Positions 42,545 to 52,538 of a DNA stretch of 64,000 nucleotides are shown one piece after another; position 1 is the first letter of the stretch, and every line of letters starts with the position of its first letter. The position numbers and the translations under genes were made by a program. The stretch lies in contig JAXHMX010000002.1 in the NCBI GenBank assembly GCA_034521145.1, positions 65,670 through 129,669 on the forward strand, given 5' to 3'. The DNA comes from Fidelibacterota bacterium. GTDB lineage: Bacteria; Fidelibacterota; Fidelibacteria; Fidelibacterales; Fidelibacteraceae. The notes under the pieces were generated by a model, which was not told where the DNA came from, ran no database searches, and saw nothing but the letters and a program-made list of their open reading frames with translations.

Positions 42545-43513
42545 TCACCTTTTTACCATTAACCTGTAATTCAGTTCTTTTGCCTCTTCTTTCCCGGTGG
42601 TCCGGAATAAATATGCAAATGCCAATGCGCCGGCACTGATATTGGCAATGAAGGCGGACCAGAAAACACCTTCGAGCGCAAAGAAGTGCGCACCCAGTAA
42701 AGCCAGCGGTACATACAGGCCGAGCGTCCGCAGCATGGAAAAGAATACCGCGGGGTGCGGCTTGTTCATACCGTTGAAACTCTGCGTGCTCAGTCTCACC
42801 AATCCCTGAAAGCCATAACTGAATCCGACAATAAGCAAATATTTTACCGTTACATCGATAACGTTGGGATCACTGCTGAAAACAGAGGCAATGCTCTTGC
42901 CAAAAAGCAGAACGATAATAAAAACTAACGTTCCCCATGTAAGGGAAAAACCTGCTGCGTATTTATAAGCTTTATACATTCGCGGGAATTTTAATTTACT
43001 GTAATTTTGTCCGATAAATATTATAAGCACAGAACCAAGTGCATTAATGACCATCAGGGCGAACATCTCGATTCGCGAGGCAACCCCGAAACCCGCGACG
43101 GCTTCTTTTCCGAAATCGGAAATTATTCTTGTGACCACTCCTATGGAAACGGGAGTGATCAGCAAACTCAGTGCGGCGGGACCCCCAATATACAGGACTT
43201 TCCACCATGTTGAGAAGATCTCGCGGAAATGACCGACTTTTACAGTGAGCAATTTTTCTCTTCCGATCAATATGATCAAAATAATGCCAAAACTGACGCT
43301 CCGGGAAATGACGGTTGCAAGTGCTGCGCCTTTTATTCCAAGTTCGGGAAAAGGACCGTATCCGAATATAAACAGCGGATCAAGGATAACATTCACGAAA
43401 GCGGAGATCACCATGATCATACCGGGCACAAACGTATCACCGGTCGCTCTGACAATATTATTTCCGACCATTGGCATCAACACAAAAGGAACACCAAAAT
43501 ACCAGACACTCAT
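42545..43513 (-). CDS. MATE-family efflux transporter, C-terminal fragment
   Basis: TM7-12 of a NorM/DinF-like MATE protein. Confidence 0.7.
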   Translation of the reverse strand: MSVWYFGVPFVLMPMVGNNIVRATGDTFVPGMIMVISAFVNVILDPLFIFGYGPFPELGIKGAALATVISRSVSFGIILIILIGREKLLTVKVGHFREIFSTWWKVLYIGGPAALSLLITPVSIGVVTRIISDFGKEAVAGFGVASRIEMFALMVINALGSVLIIFIGQNYSKLKFPRMYKAYKYAAGFSLTWGTLVFIIVLLFGKSIASVFSSDPNVIDVTVKYLLIVGFSYGFQGLVRLSTQSFNGMNKPHPAVFFSMLRTLGLYVPLALLGAHFFALEGVFWSAFIANISAGALAFAYLFRTTGKEEAKELNYRLMVKR

Positions 43514-43517
43514 ATAG

Positions 43518-43922
43518 TCAGTGAATATATCCGATTATTTCCCGTTGGGCACCGAGAGCCATAAAAAGCGGACGAATTGTCAGTAATCCCAGAGTGACGA
43601 ACAATATGACAACGGAGATACCCAAAAAAATAGCACGGCTGGCGATCATTCTGACCTCATGGCGGTCCGCGACAATAAAATTCCGCGATACGAGCGAACT
43701 CGTTCCAATACCGATACCCAGGGAAAGGCTGTTGATGAACATAATGACCGGAAAACAGAAACTGATCGCCGCAAGTTGATTTACCCCGAGCTTACCGACA
43801 AAATAGGTGTCTACAAGGTTGAATATCACCATACCCAGCATACCGAATATCATGGGCCATGTCAGGCTGATCAGTTGTTTTGCAATATTTCCCTGTGTGA
43901 GATTCCTGCTTTTACGATCCAT
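43518..43922 (-). CDS. MATE-family efflux transporter, N-terminal fragment
   Basis: TM1-4 (LISLTWPMIFGMLGMVIFNLVDTYFVG). A 1-nt indel at ~43505 in a T-run separates it from the C-terminal fragment. Confidence 0.7.
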   Translation of the reverse strand: MDRKSRNLTQGNIAKQLISLTWPMIFGMLGMVIFNLVDTYFVGKLGVNQLAAISFCFPVIMFINSLSLGIGIGTSSLVSRNFIVADRHEVRMIASRAIFLGISVVILFVTLGLLTIRPLFMALGAQREIIGYIH

Positions 43923-43928
43923 TATCTA

Positions 43929-44378
43929 TTATTTCCCGTATCTTTTCTTGGCATTCCCTTTTACTTTCTCCAGAAGTAAAAAAAGTTGTTCCCTTTCTTC
44001 CTCACTGAGGTCCGCAAGTAATGTATCCGTCCATGATGTAAAAACGTTATGAAGCGGGGATTCGATCGTTCTTGTTTTTTCGCTTATGTATATCTTTTTT
44101 ATCCTGTTGTCGTCTTTCGCGGCGATCCGCACAATATATCCGTTCTTCTCAAGCGTATGGAGCTGAGAACTGACTGAAGATTTATCTAAATTCAGGAAAT
44201 GTGTAAGGTCTGACTGGGTAATACCGTTATGGCGGGAGATAAAATGCAGTGTTGTGACCTGTGAGGGACCGATATCGTACCTTTTGAATTGCTTCTGGAA
44301 ATACATACCGGAAAGACGGGAAAGTTCTGAAATAATTTTCCCGAGCGAACGGTCCCGCTTTTCTTCAAGCTCTTTCAT
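43929..44378 (-). CDS. MarR-family transcriptional regulator
   Basis: Winged-helix MarR pattern (ITQSDLTHFLNLDKSSVSSQLHTLEKNGYIVR). Confidence 0.8.
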   Translation of the reverse strand: MKELEEKRDRSLGKIISELSRLSGMYFQKQFKRYDIGPSQVTTLHFISRHNGITQSDLTHFLNLDKSSVSSQLHTLEKNGYIVRIAAKDDNRIKKIYISEKTRTIESPLHNVFTSWTDTLLADLSEEEREQLFLLLEKVKGNAKKRYGK

Positions 44379-44696
44379 GTCATAAGTTCTAAACTATTAG
44401 TTTGAATTCCAACTGTTTTTTCCAGACATAGGAAGTTTTAACCGAACCGGATCTTCGGCAGTTGATTGGGGAATAAAAATTATTCTGCTCTTCGTTCGAA
44501 CAATTGCGGCCATTACCTTCGGAAAGTATTTCCTTGAACTAACAGTACTATTGTTATAAATTTAATTATCAGTGAAACATATTTTTAATCAACGAAGGAT
44601 GTATTCAATCTTTCAAAAAAGTTCATGCTTTATATCTATAACAAACAATTAATTGGAACAATACGTTCCGGTTGTTTTTTTTCGTGAGGTGCTCGG

Positions 44697-47093
44697 TTGA
44701 GAAGTAAATATGCCCGTGTCAGGATCAGAAAAAATGCCCAAAGCAAAAATGTGAAGATTTCGTCGGACCTCAAACCCGAAATAAGTGATCCCCTGATAGA
44801 AAAATGGCAGTCCCTTCTGGATATTACCGCAAAAACCGCAAAAATCCCCGCTGCACTTATTATGAAACTGAATGAAGACAATATTGAGGTCTTCCTGGAA
44901 AGTCATACGCCGGGAAATCCATACAAAAAGGGAGAAAAAGCGGAACTGAGATACGGACTGTATTGTGAAACGGTGATCGGTACTCAGAAGGATCTGCTTA
45001 TTCCCGATGCGAGAAAGGATGCCTTATGGAGAAAAAACAATCCGGACATTGATCTGAACATGGTCGCTTATATGGGTTTTCCCATTAATTGGCCGGACGG
45101 AGAAGTTTTTGGTACGATCTGTCTTCTTGACAACAAAGAAAACCACTTCAGCGATTATTACAGAGAACTCCTGGACCACGTCAGGGAAAATATTGAAAAT
45201 GACCTTAATTCGCTTCTTATAAACAATAAATTGAGAGAACGCCTTAAAGAACTAAACTGCTTATATGAATTACAGAACATCTTCGAGAAAAAATTTTCCG
45301 AAACCGAAACGCTTGCCAGATCATTGTTAACAATAATACCGCCGGCAATGCAGTATCCCGACCGTACCTGTGTCCGTTTAACCCTGAACGGAAAGGAATT
45401 CCTCTCAAAGGATTTCCAGGAAACCCCCGTAAAGATATCGCAGAATATCCGGACCGGCAGCATGAAAAAGGGACAGCTTGAGGTCTTTTATAAAACCGGA
45501 AAGAAAGAAAGCTCTGCGGTTTCCTTTTTAGAAGATGAAAAAAAACTTCTTGCTGCCATTTCCCATAATATCGGTCAATATTTGGCCCGTATCCAAACAG
45601 AGAACGAACTGAAAAAAAGTGAAGCCTTTCAGAAAACGATCATAGAAAGTTCTCCTTTGCCCATATTCTCTCTCGATACCGAAGGAAGGGTCCTAAGCTG
45701 GAATCCTGCCTCCGAGAAGGTATTCGGCTGGACATTTGAAGAAATAAAAGGAAAAACACTGCCGATCGTCCAAAAAGAGAAGAAACACGAATTTCATTCC
45801 TTATTGAACAGAGTGATCACTGAAGGAGCTTTTTCGGGTAAAGAGCTTGTGCGCCAAAAGAAAAACGGACAACTTATTGACATCAGCCTTTCTGCGGCAC
45901 CTATCCACGGTCCGGATAATAAGGTCATTGGAATAATGTCGACCCTGGAAGATATCACCGACAGTAAAAAATTGGAAAAAGCCATTATCGAAAGCCGAAA
46001 TAATCTGCGCATCACTCTGGATTCCATCGGAGACGGTGTTATTACCACTGATAAGAACGGCATGGTCAACGGCATCAATCCCGTGGCTTCGGAGCTGACC
46101 GGTTTCACATTACCTGAAGCTAAGGGGAAACCCCTTGCTGATGTTTTCTCTATTATGAATGAAAAAACGGGAGAAGCCGTAGCAAACCCCGTACAGAAAG
46201 TCTTAAGAACCGGCAAGATCGTTGGCCTTGCAAATCATACCAAACTTATTTCAAAAAACGGCAAAGAACATCAGATTGCCGATTCCGCTTCTCCCATCAT
46301 AAATGACAGAAAGGAAATTACCGGTGTTGTGCTGGTCTTCCGTGATGTCACCAAAGATTATCACATCCGCCGGGCATTGATCGAAAGTGAAAATAAATTC
46401 CGTTCACTTGTAGATCAGGCGGCGGAGATGCTATTCCTTCATGACCTGAACGGAAATATTATTGATGTCAACAGGGCAGCTGAGATCAATACCGGGTATA
46501 CAAAAACGGAATTGAAAAAAATGAAGGTTTCCGATATTGATCCCGGTTCATCCAAACGCAAAGACGAAAATGCCCACTGGAAACCTTTGCGTCCGGAAGA
46601 AGATGCAGTCACAATTGAAGCCGCGCATCGGCGTAAAGACGGCACTGTCTATCCGGCAGAGATCACTCTTTCCAAAGTGACACTCAGCGGTAAAAACTAC
46701 ATTCTTGCTCTTGCACGCAATATAACGGAACGCAAACAGGCGGAAGAAAAATTAAAAGAAAGCGAAGAAAAATACCGGCTTATCGTTGAAAATGCCAATG
46801 ACGGTATCGAGATCACCCAGCAGGATAAGATCATTTTTGCCAATGCGCGATTTGCTGAAATGCTGGGATATACCATTGATGAACTCAAGAACATTCCCTT
46901 CAAAGATATATTTACCGAAACGGCTATACGGGAACTCTACGAACGCCGGGAAAAACGCCTGGCCGGACAAAGGGAACAGCGCCAATATGAAACCACTTTC
47001 AGGAAAAAGAACGGTTCGCATATTCATGCCAATGTGAATTATGAAATAATCAATTACAAAGGGGAACCGGCAACTTTTGCCGATCATCCGTGA
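44697..47093 (+). CDS. sensor protein, GAF + multiple PAS domains (N-terminal part of a hybrid histidine kinase)
   Basis: GAF domain and at least 4 PAS/PAC units. The ORF ends in a TTTT run. Deleting one T fuses it in frame to the next ORF (…GEPATLPIIRDITEQKK…). Confidence 0.8.
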   Translation: MRSKYARVRIRKNAQSKNVKISSDLKPEISDPLIEKWQSLLDITAKTAKIPAALIMKLNEDNIEVFLESHTPGNPYKKGEKAELRYGLYCETVIGTQKDLLIPDARKDALWRKNNPDIDLNMVAYMGFPINWPDGEVFGTICLLDNKENHFSDYYRELLDHVRENIENDLNSLLINNKLRERLKELNCLYELQNIFEKKFSETETLARSLLTIIPPAMQYPDRTCVRLTLNGKEFLSKDFQETPVKISQNIRTGSMKKGQLEVFYKTGKKESSAVSFLEDEKKLLAAISHNIGQYLARIQTENELKKSEAFQKTIIESSPLPIFSLDTEGRVLSWNPASEKVFGWTFEEIKGKTLPIVQKEKKHEFHSLLNRVITEGAFSGKELVRQKKNGQLIDISLSAAPIHGPDNKVIGIMSTLEDITDSKKLEKAIIESRNNLRITLDSIGDGVITTDKNGMVNGINPVASELTGFTLPEAKGKPLADVFSIMNEKTGEAVANPVQKVLRTGKIVGLANHTKLISKNGKEHQIADSASPIINDRKEITGVVLVFRDVTKDYHIRRALIESENKFRSLVDQAAEMLFLHDLNGNIIDVNRAAEINTGYTKTELKKMKVSDIDPGSSKRKDENAHWKPLRPEEDAVTIEAAHRRKDGTVYPAEITLSKVTLSGKNYILALARNITERKQAEEKLKESEEKYRLIVENANDGIEITQQDKIIFANARFAEMLGYTIDELKNIPFKDIFTETAIRELYERREKRLAGQREQRQYETTFRKKNGSHIHANVNYEIINYKGEPATFADHP

Positions 47094-49059
47094 TATCACT
47101 GAACAAAAGAAGGCAGAACAAACCCTGATCGAAAGCGAACAAAAGTACCGCCGCCTTTTCGAAACGATGTCCCAGGGAGTGGTCTATCAGGATGCGGAGG
47201 GGAAAATATTTTCCGCCAATCCCGCCGCGCAACGCATTCTCGGTCTGAATCTGGACCAGATGAAAGGCAGAACGTCCATTGACCCGAGATGGAAGTCTGT
47301 TGATAAAAACAAGAACGAACTCCCCGGAAATGAACATCCTGCAATGCGCGCATTGAAAAGCGGGGAAAAAGTGGAAAATTTCATTCAGGGTATCTTCAAT
47401 CCGCGGCTGAACGATTATGTGTGGATCAACGTTAGCTCCACACCTTTGTACCATAAAAATGGAAGTCGCCCTTATCAGGTTTACTCAACATTCCTGGATA
47501 TTACCGAAAAAAGAAAGACGGAATTACGGCTTCAGGAAAGCAACCGCAAATTCAATACCATGATCGATAATCTGAATGGCGTTGTCTACCGCTGCAAGCT
47601 TGATCAGGCATGGACAATGGAATATATGAGTAATGCCGTAGAAGAGATCAGCGGGTATCCGGCATCCGATTTTATCAATAATGCGCGACGTACTTATGAT
47701 TCCATCATTTTTGCAAAGGACCGGAAACGCGTTCAGGACGAGATCCGGGAATCGGTGAAACGGAAAAAGCCGTACACCGTGGAATACCGTATCCATACAG
47801 CTAATGACGTAATACGCTGGGTGTGGGAGCGTGGAAGATACATTTACCACGATAAGGATACAATTCTGCTTGAAGGTTTTATCGTTGATATTACGGGTCA
47901 TAAAGAAGCAGAAAAAGAATTACGGAAAGCAAAAGAAAAAGCGGAAGAGAGCGATCGTCTGAAATCCGCGTTTCTGGCAAATATGAGTCATGAGATCCGA
48001 ACGCCCATGAACAGTATTATGGGCTTTCTGAACCTTCTGCAGAAGCCGGAGCTTTCCGATGATAAAAAAGACAACTACATCGATATCGTTAAAAAAAGCA
48101 GTGTGCGGCTTCTCAATACCATTAATGATATTATTGAAATAGCTAAAATCGAATCCGGACATGTTGATATTCATCCCGAAAATATCCATATCAGCAGACT
48201 CCTTGACTATTTTTATCATTTCTTTAAACCGGAAACGGACCAGAAAGATCTGCAATTCCGTTTGAAGAATACGGTTGGAAAAGACAGGGATGTTATCAGA
48301 ACCGACAGGAACAAACTTGAATCCATATTGAACAATTTCATAAATAATGCCCTGAAATTCACGGATAACGGTTTTATTGAGCTGGGTTGCAGCATTAAAA
48401 ATGATCATATTGTTTTCTATGTTGCCGACAGCGGAACCGGGGTCTCTCCGCAAAAAATTGAAGCGATCTTTGACCGGTTCGTTCAGGCTGATATGGCGAT
48501 AAGCCGTTCATATGAAGGATCGGGACTGGGGTTGTCTATCGCCAGAGCCTATGCAGACATGCTTGGGGGAAAAATACATGTTGAATCCACACCCGGCCGT
48601 GGAAGTACATTTTATATTTCACTTCCTTTGGACACCGCAGGATCGAGGAACACAACAGATGACATAAAAAGATCATCTGCAGCGGTCCGGGGCAGCGGGA
48701 AAAATAAAACCCTCCTGGTTGCAGAAGATGACGACGCCAGCTTCATCTATATCGAGGCGGTTCTTCAAACAAAGAACTTCACCGTTTTACGTGCCGAAAA
48801 TGGCAAAGAGGCGGTAAAACTCTGCAAAGAAGATCCGAATATCGATCTTGTTCTTATGGATCTGAAAATGCCTGTTATGAACGGTTATGAAGCTTCAGAA
48901 AAGATACGTGAGTTCAATAAGAGCATACCCATTGTCGCACAAACCGCCTATGCGCTGCAGGGTGACGAAAAAAAGGCCCTGGCGGCCGGATGCGACGATT
49001 ATGTCACTAAGCCGATAACGAGTGAAGATCTGTTAACATGTATAGGGAAATATCTATAA
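47077..49059 (+). CDS. PAS-PAS-HisKA-HATPase_c-REC (C-terminal part of the same hybrid histidine kinase)
   Basis: H-box SHEIRTPMNSIMGF, and N, G1/G2 boxes. Receiver domain with DD...D...K (LLVAEDDDASFIY...LVLMDLKMP). Confidence 0.85.
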   Translation: MPIIRDITEQKKAEQTLIESEQKYRRLFETMSQGVVYQDAEGKIFSANPAAQRILGLNLDQMKGRTSIDPRWKSVDKNKNELPGNEHPAMRALKSGEKVENFIQGIFNPRLNDYVWINVSSTPLYHKNGSRPYQVYSTFLDITEKRKTELRLQESNRKFNTMIDNLNGVVYRCKLDQAWTMEYMSNAVEEISGYPASDFINNARRTYDSIIFAKDRKRVQDEIRESVKRKKPYTVEYRIHTANDVIRWVWERGRYIYHDKDTILLEGFIVDITGHKEAEKELRKAKEKAEESDRLKSAFLANMSHEIRTPMNSIMGFLNLLQKPELSDDKKDNYIDIVKKSSVRLLNTINDIIEIAKIESGHVDIHPENIHISRLLDYFYHFFKPETDQKDLQFRLKNTVGKDRDVIRTDRNKLESILNNFINNALKFTDNGFIELGCSIKNDHIVFYVADSGTGVSPQKIEAIFDRFVQADMAISRSYEGSGLGLSIARAYADMLGGKIHVESTPGRGSTFYISLPLDTAGSRNTTDDIKRSSAAVRGSGKNKTLLVAEDDDASFIYIEAVLQTKNFTVLRAENGKEAVKLCKEDPNIDLVLMDLKMPVMNGYEASEKIREFNKSIPIVAQTAYALQGDEKKALAAGCDDYVTKPITSEDLLTCIGKYL

Positions 49060-49085
49060 GGTACCGGTTTTTTATCAAACAGGAA

Positions 49086-49117
49086 GGTGACTCCTCTGTC
49101 ACTCCCTTTTTCTTTTC
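49086..49117 (+). terminator. possible intrinsic terminator after the kinase gene
   Basis: GGTGAC-TCCTCT-GTCACT hairpin (one wobble) followed by CCCTTTTTCTTTT. Confidence 0.4.
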
Positions 49118-49150
49118 ACCGGTGCCGTCAAAAAAGGAAAGAACAATCGG

Positions 49151-49666
49151 ATGAAAGGACGCATCCATCTATATACCGGCAACGGAAAGGGCAAAACCAC
49201 CGCTGCTCTCGGTTTGTCGCTTCGTGCCGCCGGGGCGGGAAAAAACGTATTCTTTGCACAATTCATAAAAGGAAAAAAGTACTCCGAGATCACGGCCATA
49301 GAAAAATTTTTTTCTGCGATCACGGTAAAACAATATGGTCTGGACTGTTTTATTATCAATGAACCGACACCTGCGGATATAGATGCGGCACGGAAGGGAC
49401 TGAAGGAAGTTGCTCATATCATCGCTTCCGGAAAGTATGGTATTGTTGTGCTGGATGAGATTTGTATCGCTGTTTTTTATAAGCTCATTTCACTGCAGAA
49501 ACTCATTGATGTTCTTAATACAAGGGCGCAGTCCGTGGAAATTGTCCTGACAGGCCGGTATGCTCCCTCCGAACTTATCGAACTTTCCGATCTGGTGACG
49601 GAAATGCAGGAAGTAAAACATTACTATCATAAAGGCGAAAAAGCACGTGAGGGTATTGAATTCTAA
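49151..49666 (+). CDS. cobO: cob(I)yrinic acid a,c-diamide adenosyltransferase (CobA/CobO/BtuR family)
   Basis: IHLYTGNGKGKTTAALG P-loop and full-length CobA-family match. Confidence 0.85.
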   Translation: MKGRIHLYTGNGKGKTTAALGLSLRAAGAGKNVFFAQFIKGKKYSEITAIEKFFSAITVKQYGLDCFIINEPTPADIDAARKGLKEVAHIIASGKYGIVVLDEICIAVFYKLISLQKLIDVLNTRAQSVEIVLTGRYAPSELIELSDLVTEMQEVKHYYHKGEKAREGIEF

Positions 49667-49707
49667 GGATCGAATTAACCCCGAAGTCATAAAAAAAGGA
49701 GTGTATT

Positions 49708-50511
49708 ATGGAAACTGCTGTGAACAACAAAAAGGGAAGTATTATCATGTCCGTGATCAATATTGTGCTTTTCCTGGGAATGGTCACGGTTAACGGACTG
49801 GCGAACGGACTGCCGCTTAACGGGATCAACACCGGAGAGTTATCCGCTCTTTATCCCAATTTATTTGTTCCTGCGGGAATCACCTTCTCGATCTGGGCGC
49901 TGATCTATTTACTGCTGCTGCTGTTTGTCGCCAATAATCTTTATCTCTCCCTTACCGGTAAAGAAGAAGTTCTGATCCCGGTAAAGGCACAGATCGCATT
50001 TGCTCTTACCTGTTTGTTCAATGCCGGCTGGATCTTCTTATGGCATTATAAGCTCATTTTCTTTTCTTTACTTGCCATGCTGGCTTTACTTGTCTCTCTG
50101 ATATATCTTTTCCTCAGGATCGATGAAATGCATATTAAAAACATCTGGAATCGCATTGCCGTTCAGTTACCGGTCAGTATTTATCTCGGCTGGATCTCCG
50201 TGGCCACCATTGCAAATGTTACCGCTCTGCTCGTTTCACTGAACTGGGGCGGCTGGGGAATTTCAGAAAATGTCTGGACCATTATTATGATGGTGGCCGG
50301 GCTGATATTAGCGATATTAATGCTGGCAAACCGGAAATGTATTGCATATTCCCTTGTATTTATCTGGGCATATACCGGCATCATCATAAAACGGGGCGGT
50401 CAGGAAATCATTCACAAGGATATTGTTTTTACCGCCTATGCAGCCATTGTAATACTTCTTATACTTGTGATAAGCACGGTATTGAAATACCGGAAAGAAG
50501 CCGTGAAATAA
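49708..50511 (+). CDS. tspO: TspO/MBR-family tryptophan-rich membrane protein (extended)
   Basis: LANGLPLNG..TGE.S..YP.LF.PAG.TFSIWALIY pattern and multiple Trp-rich TM segments. Longer than the canonical ~160 aa. Confidence 0.5.
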   Translation: METAVNNKKGSIIMSVINIVLFLGMVTVNGLANGLPLNGINTGELSALYPNLFVPAGITFSIWALIYLLLLLFVANNLYLSLTGKEEVLIPVKAQIAFALTCLFNAGWIFLWHYKLIFFSLLAMLALLVSLIYLFLRIDEMHIKNIWNRIAVQLPVSIYLGWISVATIANVTALLVSLNWGGWGISENVWTIIMMVAGLILAILMLANRKCIAYSLVFIWAYTGIIIKRGGQEIIHKDIVFTAYAAIVILLILVISTVLKYRKEAVK

Positions 50512-50661
50512 TTGTTTAAAAGTTAAGCGGAAAGCGTTTTTCCACCAAAGCGGCGCAGTGCTGCCGTACATGCCGTTCGGCATGGTGCAATGCGGAAAAT
50601 GCAGCAAAATATTCTAAAGGACCGTTTTGTATCACCGCTTATGACCGTTAAAGGAGCAGCA

Positions 50662-51630
50662 ATGAAAAAATGTGCAAGTGTATTTTTGACGCCTGTTGTC
50701 TTGTTCTTATGCGCCGCAAGCATATATTCCTGCAATTGTTCATTCGAAAAGAGCCGCGCACAGAACTATAATGACTTTCAATTTCTCGAATATGATATCG
50801 GGGAATTCCGGCAGGCATATAATGCCGGCGACCTCAGCGTTCAGGAGGTGACGCGGGCCTATCTTGACCGTATAGAAATGATCGATAACAACGGACCCGC
50901 GCTGCAGGCATTTATCCGCGTTAATCCGGATGCCATGGAGATTGCAAAAGAACGCGATGCGGAAAAAGCGGCGGGTAAACCCTGCGGCCCCCTGTTCGGC
51001 ATACCCGTGGTACTCAAGGACAATATTGATACGCACGATCGAATGCCCGCCACAGCCGGCTCAAGAGCATTAAAAGACGCTTATCCGCTGCAGGACAGTT
51101 TTGTCGCCAAACAACTCCGGGATGCCGGAGCGGTCATTCTCGGGAAAACGAATTTAAGCGAGTGGGCGAATTTTCGCGGGGAACTCTCCACCAGCGGATG
51201 GAGCGGACTGGGCGGCTTAACCAAAAACCCTTATGCGCTTACGCGTAACCCCTGTGGCTCAAGTTCCGGTTCCGCTGTTGCCGTTTCGGCAAACCTTACG
51301 GTACTTGCCCTCGGTACCGAGACCAACGGTTCCATTGTCTGTCCGGCCCATGCTAACGGGATCGTAGGGATCAAACCCACGGTGGGACTTGTCAGCCGTT
51401 CCGGCATTATTCCCATCTCCCGAACGCAGGATACCGCGGGTCCCATGGCGAGGACCGTCCGCGATGCGGCGATCTGCCTGAGTGCGCTTGCCGCTGCGGA
51501 TCCCGCCGACGTAAAGACAATGAGCCGGGAAAGAACATATACAGAAAGATTATACGGCGTTCCTGCACGAGAACGGTTTGCCGGGAAAACGTATCGGCTA
51601 TTACACCGCCTTCAGGGGCATCAACTATAA
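50662..51630 (+). CDS. amidase-signature family enzyme, N-terminal fragment (lipoprotein/signal peptide)
   Basis: Signal peptide with Cys. AS signature GGSSGGSAVAVSA and the catalytic Ser/Lys region. Ends after an AAAA run at ~51590. Confidence 0.75.
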   Translation: MKKCASVFLTPVVLFLCAASIYSCNCSFEKSRAQNYNDFQFLEYDIGEFRQAYNAGDLSVQEVTRAYLDRIEMIDNNGPALQAFIRVNPDAMEIAKERDAEKAAGKPCGPLFGIPVVLKDNIDTHDRMPATAGSRALKDAYPLQDSFVAKQLRDAGAVILGKTNLSEWANFRGELSTSGWSGLGGLTKNPYALTRNPCGSSSGSAVAVSANLTVLALGTETNGSIVCPAHANGIVGIKPTVGLVSRSGIIPISRTQDTAGPMARTVRDAAICLSALAAADPADVKTMSRERTYTERLYGVPARERFAGKTYRLLHRLQGHQL

Positions 51631-52264
51631 AGTGGATACTTTGATGGATTCCGCAGTTGCCTTTATGAAAAATAAGGGTGCGGTGATCGTGGAGATCGAC
51701 AGTATTCTGGCCGACAGTATCGGCCATTACTCTTTTGAGGTTATGCTTTACGAATATAAGGACGGACTGAACAACTATTTTCGGTCCCTGGGCCCCGGCG
51801 CTCCCATCAGCGATCTGCAACAACTTATTGCTTTTAATAAAAAAGACAGCGTGGAATTGAAATATTTCAATCAGAAATACCTGGAGATGGCAGCGGAAAA
51901 AGATGATCTGGATTCTCCGGAGTATAAAAGGGCTCTGAGTAAAATGCTTGCAGGAAGTCGGGAAAACGGACTTGACCGCATAATGGATAAGCATAATCTT
52001 GATGCCATTATTGCACCCACCGGAACTCCCGCCTGGAAAACGGACCTTATTAACGGTGACAGCTTTCAGTTCGGCAGTTCTTCGCCGGCCGCACAATCCG
52101 GATACCCGAATATTACCGTACCGATGGGATCTATCGGGGAGTTACCCGTGGGGATATCGTTTTTCGGACGGGCCTGGAGCGAACCGCTGCTGCTTGAGAT
52201 CGCCTACGCATATGAGCAGGGCAGCAAGCGGCGCAAAATACCGCACTTTCTGCCTCTTTACTAA
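51578..52264 (+). CDS. amidase-signature family enzyme, C-terminal fragment
   Basis: Continues (GKRIGYYTAFRGI...) in the +1 frame. Removing one A in GGGAAAACG joins the two fragments. Confidence 0.75.
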   Translation: MPGKRIGYYTAFRGINYKVDTLMDSAVAFMKNKGAVIVEIDSILADSIGHYSFEVMLYEYKDGLNNYFRSLGPGAPISDLQQLIAFNKKDSVELKYFNQKYLEMAAEKDDLDSPEYKRALSKMLAGSRENGLDRIMDKHNLDAIIAPTGTPAWKTDLINGDSFQFGSSSPAAQSGYPNITVPMGSIGELPVGISFFGRAWSEPLLLEIAYAYEQGSKRRKIPHFLPLY

Positions 52265-52538
52265 AATCGCCGGAAATAATACCTGCCTGATAACGCTTCT
52301 TGGGTGTTCCGCTTGATCTGTTGAAAAAAGCATATCACCCCTGCCGAAGCTCCCGGAACTGTCTGTTCCGCATTGGCATTTATCTTCTCGTCCTTCTTTA
52401 TCTTGATTTCCAGATATTGTTGTTGTAAAATCTCAGCGGGAGAGCAAACTGTACTAATCATATCGTGAAAGCAGCAGATGAGCCCCTTTCCGTAGTTCGA
52501 ACATGACAGACTTTTATTCATAACCAGAGGTCGAATTT

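Noticed and set aside
50566-50581. CATGCC-GTTC-GGCATG hairpin after tspO, considered as a terminator
   Set aside because: No downstream U-tract follows, so it is not reported as a terminator.
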